From NCBI GenBank assembly GCA_022797215.1, contig JAAWKD010000002.1, positions 13 through 64,012 on the forward strand: a stretch of 64,000 bases of DNA. Reading direction: 5' to 3'. The translations under genes and the position numbers were made by a program. The notes below the pieces were generated by a model, which made no database searches, had not been told where the DNA came from, and worked only from the letters and a program-made list of their open reading frames with translations. This DNA comes from Clostridia bacterium. Lineage in GTDB: Bacteria; Bacillota; Clostridia; TANB77; CAG-508. Of this stretch, positions 61,264 through 64,000 are shown in pieces (position 1 is the stretch's first letter; each line of letters opens with the position of its first letter).

Positions 61264-62460
61264 ATGCCACAAAATAGAGAAGCAATAGATACTATAAAAG
61301 GGTATTATTACCAATTTGATTATTTTATATTAAAATTACTAGAAGAAAAAAATAAAGATACATATATTTATTTAGAAGGAATAGAAGACATAGATATTGA
61401 AGATATAGATTCAAAAAAAGCTATTCAGTGTAAATATTATGATAAAACAGAATACCAACACTCAGTTATAAAAAAGCCTATTATAGAAATGTTTAAGCAC
61501 TATTCTGAAAATAAGCAGAGAAATTTTCAATACTATATTTATGGTCATTATAAGTGTGGACAAGAAAAATTACCTGATAATTTTAATATAGAGTTCTTAA
61601 AAAAGAATTTTTTGACTTATAAAAAAGATAATATAAAACATAAAGTTTTTGAAGAATTAAATATAAGTGATGCAGAAATAGAGAAATTCAAAGGTAAATT
61701 AAAAATTAATATCTCAGCAGACAGTTATGAACAACAAGAAAAAAGAATAAAAACTTTAATTCGAAAAATATATAATTGTGATGATGAACTTTCTCAATAT
61801 TATTATAGTAATGCATTAGCAATTGTTAAACTAATAGCAACAAATTCAAATATACAAAAAAGAAAAATTACTCCGAATCAATTTGTAACAATGCTAAAAA
61901 ATAACAAAGAAAAAGTTTTCAATAGCTTATATATACATAAGCAGGGAATAGAAAAGTATTGTAGACTTATTAAAAAAACATATTTTTCTACTCTTAATAT
62001 ATCGCCTTATGAGAGATTTTTTCTAATAGAATGTGATCAATTTATAAGCGATGAAGAGATTAAAGGATTAGTTTATCAAATAAGCAAAAAATGGTGTAAT
62101 ATTTCTAAGAGAAATGATAAGCCTTATTGTCCATATATATTGCTGTATGGAGTAACGGAAAGTAGATTAAAAAAGATAAAAACTAACATACAACTTGAAA
62201 GACACAATTTTATTGATGGATATGATTTTAAAGATGCTGATTTTTGTGTGCAATCTCTAATAAGACAAGCTGATAAAGAGAACAAAATAGAATTTAAAAT
62301 CGTTAATAATATTAAAGAGTTAGATAAGTCTATCAAGCAAATAGATAAAACAAAAGAAGTCTATGAATTTTATTTAGAAAAATCATTTTATCAAAGTAAA
62401 ATAGATAAATGTGTAGAGATTAAAATAACAAGTACTTTAGACGTAGAAAATATGATATAG
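61264..62460 (+). CDS. DUF4297/Cap4-like nuclease-domain protein, partner of HerA
   Basis: Start at the ATG behind TAAGGAGGAAAAA. N-terminus REAIDTIKGYYYQFDYFILKLL...YLEGIEDIDIEDIDSKKAIQCKYY has the GYxYQ helix plus an E/D...QxK nuclease core. The remainder is unassigned. Confidence 0.7.
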   Translation: MPQNREAIDTIKGYYYQFDYFILKLLEEKNKDTYIYLEGIEDIDIEDIDSKKAIQCKYYDKTEYQHSVIKKPIIEMFKHYSENKQRNFQYYIYGHYKCGQEKLPDNFNIEFLKKNFLTYKKDNIKHKVFEELNISDAEIEKFKGKLKINISADSYEQQEKRIKTLIRKIYNCDDELSQYYYSNALAIVKLIATNSNIQKRKITPNQFVTMLKNNKEKVFNSLYIHKQGIEKYCRLIKKTYFSTLNISPYERFFLIECDQFISDEEIKGLVYQISKKWCNISKRNDKPYCPYILLYGVTESRLKKIKTNIQLERHNFIDGYDFKDADFCVQSLIRQADKENKIEFKIVNNIKELDKSIKQIDKTKEVYEFYLEKSFYQSKIDKCVEIKITSTLDVENMI

Positions 62461-62477
62461 ATAAGGAGAAGTTTAAA

Positions 62478-64000
62478 ATGGAAGAAAATATTAATGCGGA
62501 AGTTATTGGAGTTTTTCCAGATAAAATAAAAATATCAGTAGATGATTTGGAAAATTTTTCGTTAGCTAATGAAAGTTTAAAAGTTGGCTCATATTTAAGA
62601 GTGTTAGATAATGAAAATGCAGTGTTAATAGCCATAATAGAGAATTTTTCAATTGAGGTAAAAGAAGATGAAAAAAAGAAATATATTATTGAAGCAACAC
62701 CTTTAGGATTAATTATTGATGGGAAATTTCAAAGGGGAGGAGATACTATTGCAATACCTCCTAAAAGGGTAGAGCCTGCCAAAAGGGAAGAAATTGAAAA
62801 GATATTTATGGATTCAATAGAGAAGAACAAGAAGTTTGTCTTTGCAAAGTTGTCTACTGACAATACTATTAATGTACCAGTAGATGGTAATAAGTTCTTT
62901 AATAAACATATTGCAATAGTGGGTTCTACAGGATCTGGAAAATCTCATACTGTTGCTAAAATAGTCCAAGAAGCAATAAATAGTAAAGATAATGGATATA
63001 ATGGACTAAATAATTCACATATTGTGATATTTGATATTCATTCAGAATATAAATCTGCATTTCCAAATGCAAATTGTATCGATATAGATAATTTGATTTT
63101 ACCATATTGGTTATTAAATAGCGACGAGTTACAGGAATTATTTATAGATACAGAAGCAAATGATCATAACCAACGTAATGTTTTTAAAGAGTCAGTGGTT
63201 TCAAATAGAAAAAAATATTTTGATGGTAGTGATAAAGAAAAAGATAAAATTCATTTCGATTCACCTTTATTCTTTGAAATAAACGACATATTAAAAGATG
63301 CAAAAGATAAAAATGAAGAAATGGTTCCAGGAGCAAGAGATACAATGAAAGCAGGTCCTTTAAATGGGAAACTTTCAAATTTTGTGAGTAGATTGGAAAA
63401 TAAAATTAATGACAAAAGGTTAGAGTTTTTATTAGGTGATAGATCTAAAAAAATAACTTTTGAAGAAACATTAAAGCAACTAATAAGTTATGATAGCAAT
63501 AAATCAAATGTAACAATTATAGATTTAAGTGGTATTCCATTTGAAGTATTGAGTATAACAGTATCTCTAATATCAAGAATTTTATTTGAATATGGTTATT
63601 ATTATAAGAGACTTAGATGTAAGAAAAATCCGAATGAAAATGTAAACAATGATGTTCCAATATTATTGGTATACGAAGAAGCTCATAAATATGTTCCAAA
63701 TAGTGATCTTTCAAAATATAGAGCTTCTAAGCAATCAATTGAAAGAATAGCAAAAGAAGGAAGAAAATATGGAGTATCTATGTTATTAGCAAGTCAAAGA
63801 CCATCAGAAATATCTGAGACGATATTTTCACAATGTAATAATTTTATAGCTATGAGACTAACTAATCCTACAGATCAGAATTATGTGAAAAAATTATTAC
63901 CTGATACATATGGAGGATTAATAAACAAAATGCCAACTCTAAAAGCGGGTGAAAGTTTACTAATAGGAGATTCCATTATTGTACCATCAATGGTTCAAAT
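62478..64000 (+). CDS. HerA/DUF87-type ATPase (partial, continues beyond window)
   Basis: ATG 8 nt after TAAGGAGAAG, translated by hand. N-terminal barrel (VGSYLRVLDNENAVLIAIIENF), Walker A IAIVGSTGSGKSHTV, Walker B ILLVYEEAHKYVP, then GVSMLLASQRPSEIS and FIAMRLTNPTDQ. No stop before 64000. Confidence 0.85.
   Translation, partial: MEENINAEVIGVFPDKIKISVDDLENFSLANESLKVGSYLRVLDNENAVLIAIIENFSIEVKEDEKKKYIIEATPLGLIIDGKFQRGGDTIAIPPKRVEPAKREEIEKIFMDSIEKNKKFVFAKLSTDNTINVPVDGNKFFNKHIAIVGSTGSGKSHTVAKIVQEAINSKDNGYNGLNNSHIVIFDIHSEYKSAFPNANCIDIDNLILPYWLLNSDELQELFIDTEANDHNQRNVFKESVVSNRKKYFDGSDKEKDKIHFDSPLFFEINDILKDAKDKNEEMVPGARDTMKAGPLNGKLSNFVSRLENKINDKRLEFLLGDRSKKITFEETLKQLISYDSNKSNVTIIDLSGIPFEVLSITVSLISRILFEYGYYYKRLRCKKNPNENVNNDVPILLVYEEAHKYVPNSDLSKYRASKQSIERIAKEGRKYGVSMLLASQRPSEISETIFSQCNNFIAMRLTNPTDQNYVKKLLPDTYGGLINKMPTLKAGESLLIGDSIIVPSMVQ

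Larger units (their letters stand above)
49432..64000. mobile_element. Integrative element with replication module and defence cargo, extending beyond the window end
   Basis: tRNA-fragment att, integrase, excisionase-type HTH, replisome organizer and a DnaC-like loader, then R-M and nuclease/HerA genes. No structural or conjugation genes are seen within the window. Confidence 0.6.

Noticed and set aside
61264-62460. SIR2-type or NurA-type partner for the HerA ATPase
   Set aside because: There is no Rossmann GAGxS/NAD-binding pattern or NurA RNase-H-like motifs. The GYYYQ plus E/D...QxK N-terminus fits a DUF4297/Cap4-type nuclease instead.

Overview
This is a low-GC (about 30%) chromosome segment from an endospore-forming Firmicute, probably a member of Clostridia. 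The evidence for that is an alpha/beta SASP, the ctsR-mcsA-mcsB-clpC operon, and SD-type ribosome binding sites.

Positions 1-35.6 kb are ordinary core genome:
- a GntR/ABC module
- rpsT, hpf and a SASP
- the CtsR/ClpC stress operon with a clear CtsR box
- a CDF transporter and a NifS-type desulfurase
- scpB and an INS-less proS
- a DUF4358/MBOAT/DHHW O-acyltransferase cluster
- MATE, PAP2, NUDIX, flavodoxin, a YbaK-like deacylase and a CaCA antiporter

Two things stand out inside this core:
- A roughly 460-nt, GC-rich, promoter-to-terminator transcription unit downstream of clpC. It carries a duplicated mini-ORF plus UUCG-hairpin module.
- A strongly promoted antisense 45-aa hydrophobic peptide gene wedged between mcsB and clpC.

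Positions 35.6-64 kb are accessory DNA, in two parts:
- A type I R-M island: a truncated RhuM-Fic gene, hsdM, hsdS, an unknown gene, hsdR, two tightly coupled unknown genes, and a giant KAP P-loop NTPase interrupted by an in-frame stop. It ends at a 3' fragment of a tRNA-Met gene.
- A tyrosine-integrase element with an excisionase-type HTH, a replisome organizer and a DnaC-like loader. Its cargo is an orphan PD-(D/E)xK-like protein, an Eco57I-type type IIG R-M enzyme with a separate methyltransferase, and a DUF4297/Cap4-like nuclease plus HerA ATPase pair that runs off the window end.

Six genes are disrupted: four by +1 frameshifts and two by in-frame TAA codons. A 58-bp intergenic tandem-repeat family is also present. 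All calls rest on motif reading of the supplied translations and the DNA. No database search was run.
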